Source of the DNA: an uncultured Poribacteria bacterium
Lineage (GTDB): Bacteria > Poribacteria > WGA-4E > WGA-3G
Assembly (NCBI GenBank): GCA_951813565.1
Contig: OX638351.1
Span: 4,512,001 to 4,576,000, forward strand
Length of the DNA: 64,000 bases
Direction of reading: 5' to 3'
A program made the position numbers and the translations under genes. The first letter of the stretch is position 1, and each line of letters starts with the position of its first letter. Of this stretch, positions 60,900 through 64,000 are shown one piece after another. Below the pieces are notes generated by a model. The model saw nothing but the letters and a program-made list of their open reading frames with translations. It was not told the origin of the DNA and did not search any database.

Positions 60900-61565
60900 A
60901 TGAATATACTTATGTTACGCCATTCTGCTGGTTTCGAACATAGTTACTTACCGAATGCCGAGGTAGCTCTGAAAGAAATCGGTGCAGCAAACGGCTGGAG
61001 AGTTGTAACAACGCATCGCTGTGACCGAATCACCGAAGATAATTTAGCAAAACAGGACATTGTCGCATTTGCAACAACAGGAAATTTACCGTTTGATGAT
61101 TCCCAAAAAGAGGCACTGCTTAATTTTATTCGCAACGGCAAAGGCTTCTTCGGAATCCACAACGCTACCGATACCTTCTACGATTGGCCGGAATATGGCG
61201 AAATGCTTGGAGGCTATTTTAACGGACATCCGTGGCACGAAGAGGTTAACGTCATTGTTGAAGATACGAATCACCCCGCAACTCGGATGCTCGGTGAAAG
61301 TTTCAAGGTCGTTGATGAAATTTACACGTTCAAAAGTTGGTCGCGCGAGAAGACACATGTCCTAATGCGTTTGGACAACGATTCAATTGATGTTTCTCGT
61401 GGCAACCGAGATGATGATGACTATGCGCTCGGATGGTGTCATACCTACGGTGAGGGTCGTGTCATGTATACTGCACTCGGTCATCCAGATGGGTTATGGA
61501 GTCAACCCTGGTTCCACGACCACATTGTTGGATGTATCAAGTGGGCAGGTGGTTTAGAAAATTAA
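60900..61565 (+). CDS. ThuA-like domain protein
   Basis: GFEH, GFFGIHNATD, GGYFNGHP, DEIY and GRVMYTALGH. Confidence 0.9.
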   Translation: MNILMLRHSAGFEHSYLPNAEVALKEIGAANGWRVVTTHRCDRITEDNLAKQDIVAFATTGNLPFDDSQKEALLNFIRNGKGFFGIHNATDTFYDWPEYGEMLGGYFNGHPWHEEVNVIVEDTNHPATRMLGESFKVVDEIYTFKSWSREKTHVLMRLDNDSIDVSRGNRDDDDYALGWCHTYGEGRVMYTALGHPDGLWSQPWFHDHIVGCIKWAGGLEN

Positions 61566-61631
61566 TTGATACAAATTTCAGGTAGGCGCGCTTTCTAAGC
61601 GCGCCTATATTCTTGTGGAGGTTCCGTTATA

Positions 61632-62633
61632 TTAATGTTTTATCAACCCCGTTGCCCGCAGAAGCGTTTCCTGAACTAATAATTCATGTGATATAGGTCT
61701 ATCAGGCGGCTGCGTGCCAGCAATAGTTGCCAAAAAAGCATCTAACTCTAATTCATACAACCGTTGACGACTCTCACCATCTATCTCAACAATCTGTTCA
61801 CCCTGTGAATATCCTTCCTTAGCACTTTGTAAACAGAGCCGAATCGTATGTCCCGGCTCAAACGGTTCAACGATAATAGCACTGCCTTCAGTGCCATAAA
61901 CTTCAAACCGTCGTGCCATTGGACGCGGTTCCAAAGCAGAAATCGAGATAAATGCCATGCCCTTTTCGAATTCATAGACAGTAAGCGTGTTATCTTTAAA
62001 AGGTTCCACTGACCCTCCATCGTTGCGTAGAAAACCGGTAACTTTTTCAGGTCTGCCCAACATCCACACAATTTGATCCAGCACATGTCCACCTAAATCA
62101 AAAAAGATACCGCCAATGTGCTGACTAATCCGTGTGCGCGCTTCCTTGGATATATTAGTGGACATATGCGCGCGAACTGAGAACACGTTTCCGAGGAATC
62201 CTGATCTTGCCCATCCGGTCACCTGTTTAAAACTGGAATGATACCGCAGCATATACCCCATCTGAACCAATAGCGATTTTTCTTTCGCTGTGTTAATAAC
62301 ACGCTGCCACTGCTCCCAGTTTTCACCTGCGGGTTTATCGTACCACACGTGTTTACCAGCATTAACAATTTCTTCTGTCTGATCTAAACTTTCTGCATTG
62401 TTCCCCTCAGATGCAACAGCGACAATCGTATTATCTTCTAATATCTCCGCTGCATCTGAAAACCAGTGGATGTCGTTGAACCCACCGCCATTCGCGTGAA
62501 GTTGTGCACGCCGCTCTTTATCAGGTTCAAATACACCCGCTACCTCAACATCGGGATTAACAAGCATCGCTTGCAGCTTTCCGCGTGCGTGTCCATGTTT
62601 AGTCCCGTATTGTGCCATCCGTATTTTCGCCAT
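61632..62633 (-). CDS. Gfo/Idh/MocA oxidoreductase
   Basis: YGTKHGHA, GKHVWYDKP, GYMLRY and DLGGH. Confidence 0.88.
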   Translation of the reverse strand: MAKIRMAQYGTKHGHARGKLQAMLVNPDVEVAGVFEPDKERRAQLHANGGGFNDIHWFSDAAEILEDNTIVAVASEGNNAESLDQTEEIVNAGKHVWYDKPAGENWEQWQRVINTAKEKSLLVQMGYMLRYHSSFKQVTGWARSGFLGNVFSVRAHMSTNISKEARTRISQHIGGIFFDLGGHVLDQIVWMLGRPEKVTGFLRNDGGSVEPFKDNTLTVYEFEKGMAFISISALEPRPMARRFEVYGTEGSAIIVEPFEPGHTIRLCLQSAKEGYSQGEQIVEIDGESRQRLYELELDAFLATIAGTQPPDRPISHELLVQETLLRATGLIKH

Positions 62634-63000
62634 AAATTCTCCTCCGCAATTCAAAAACATTTGGTCTCTTTATTGTATATACCTCTTGTCGAATGTCAAG
62701 AAAAATATAGGATTGAAAAAGGTGGGTGTGTAAATATTTTGTTACATTGGTTCAATTTTCGAAGAATCTTTTGCGTTTTCAACTGTAGGGCGGGGTCCCT
62801 GTGCCCCGCCATTGCATAGGATGTGCCAAGCAACGAACGGGCACAGGGACCCGCCCTTATAATAAGAGTTGGACAGTTCTTGTCAAAAACTTTCGCAATA
62901 AGTAGTTTTGGACTTGCAACAAAATTTTAAAAATCGCTCTAAATCCTTGTGTAGACTACATTTTTCGATTGTTTTAATTGTGAAAATATGATACAATTTA

Positions 63001-64000
63001 ACGTGAGTTTGATAAATAGTTTTAGTTGTTACATGTCATTGGAAACGGATAATTAATATCCTTGAGTTCTTTGCGTTTGAGTGAGGGTTTTTTCTTCAAA
63101 TAGGTATAAGCGATCAAGGCAGCAACTGTATTGACTTGGAAGTTAGCATAACTTCTATGCCGTGTGTGTTGGATCTCTGTCTGAGTTTTGAGTTCTTTAT
63201 TCACCGGCTCAATGAGCATCCGTTTTTTCAGGAGTTCTGCGTCAGCATCAGATAAGGGTTCGGGTTTCATGTTCTTGCGCACTTTGTAAACAAGTGACAC
63301 ACCCCCTTCCCGCAGTTTATCCCGCAGCTTTTTGTTGATATACCCTTTATCGGCATAAAGTTTGCCAAATAGCCCTTTGGTCAACTGTGGCACAGGTTTC
63401 CGGTCATCTGTGTTTCCGGGTGTCACCATAGCAGACAACAACTCACCTTGATCGTTGATGACGAGATGCAGTTTGAACCCGTAGAACCATCCCATAGAGG
63501 TTTTGGATCGTTCTGCCCCATCAGCGAAGACACGATGCGCTGAAATCCGACGATTATGGCAAACTGGAAGTGGCGTTGAGTCAATGAAGGAAGTCCCATT
63601 ACATTCACCGAAACGGGTGTTTAGAAGAATAGACAACGGCATCAAAACCTCTTGGGCAAGCTGCACAAACCGACTATAGCTGACAAGGTTTGGAAACGCC
63701 CAACGGAGGTTGCCACAGACATGCTCTTGATAATAGCTTTTGAAGTTTTTACACTTATGTTGATGAAAATAAATAAGTATTGTCATAACTTCGCTCGGAT
63801 GAAGACACCTAAGTCTGCCACGGGTATTGCTTGTTCCGGATATTTCTGGCAACTGGTGTTGTGCTTGATATTGTTCATACAAAAGAAAAAAGTCGTCAAT
63901 TTTACAGAAAAGTGTTACGATATCCATCAGAGAACTCCTTATGTAAGTATTTGGTATACTTCATAATAACAAAGGGGTTCTCTATTTACCAGTTTTTAAT
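63001..64000 (-). mobile_element. IS982-family element (other end not seen in the window)
   Basis: End ACGTGAGTTTGATAA at 63001 plus the transposase. Confidence 0.8.
63022..63927 (-). CDS. IS982 family transposase
   Basis: SYSRFV, IDSTPL, GWFYGFKLH, ADKGY, KRMLIE and HTRHRS. Confidence 0.95.
   Translation of the reverse strand: MDIVTLFCKIDDFFLLYEQYQAQHQLPEISGTSNTRGRLRCLHPSEVMTILIYFHQHKCKNFKSYYQEHVCGNLRWAFPNLVSYSRFVQLAQEVLMPLSILLNTRFGECNGTSFIDSTPLPVCHNRRISAHRVFADGAERSKTSMGWFYGFKLHLVINDQGELLSAMVTPGNTDDRKPVPQLTKGLFGKLYADKGYINKKLRDKLREGGVSLVYKVRKNMKPEPLSDADAELLKKRMLIEPVNKELKTQTEIQHTRHRSYANFQVNTVAALIAYTYLKKKPSLKRKELKDINYPFPMTCNN

Noticed and set aside
62790..63000. REP doublet and a possible additional IS end before the IS982
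   Set aside because: The REP pair belongs to the general repeat pattern already reported, and no partner end can be seen for the putative IS end.
1..64000. Numerous 60-170 aa antisense or alternate-frame ORFs, and tRNA/rRNA genes
   Set aside because: The short ORFs overlap well-supported genes and lack motifs. No cloverleaf or rRNA signature was recognised by eye.

Overview
Bacterial chromosomal window of about 42% GC by eye. It is most likely Candidatus Poribacteria or a relative. This is an inference from several secreted proteins ending in a V-x-[PS]-x-x-K-x-x-x-x-W-G-x-L-K motif, a FlgD/T9SS-like 'NYPNPFNPETWIPYQL' C-terminus, multiple PhyH dioxygenases, a sulfatase and a DUF6785-like transporter. 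Core genes are a lipoate ligase (partial), a MoxR/DUF58/VWA cluster, tatA-tatC, pgeF, a GT4, an aminotransferase, NFACT/RqcH, a PorV-like protein, purL-purQ and Mrp/ApbC. The mobile and accessory layer includes an IS3 with a 3-bp TSD, an IS4/IS701-like element at the junction of a 1.5-kb duplication, an IS982 and a cognate 333-bp MITE with a 7-bp TSD. A 404-bp ORF-less IS605-type element, with its own promoter and a TnpB omegaRNA-like 3' end, is inserted precisely after TTAG. There are many TIR-bounded miniature elements carrying GTAG-type REP hairpins, some nested and some tandemly amplified. Candidate defence modules are ABC-ATPase+PIN, membrane protein+TIR, and Rpn with an internal start. 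A PhyH pair consists of an HxG (halogenase-like) enzyme and a paralog lacking both aligned iron-binding histidines. Many accessory genes carry single-base frameshifts, mostly in homopolymers, which may be assembly errors. No rRNA, tRNA or CRISPR array was recognised.
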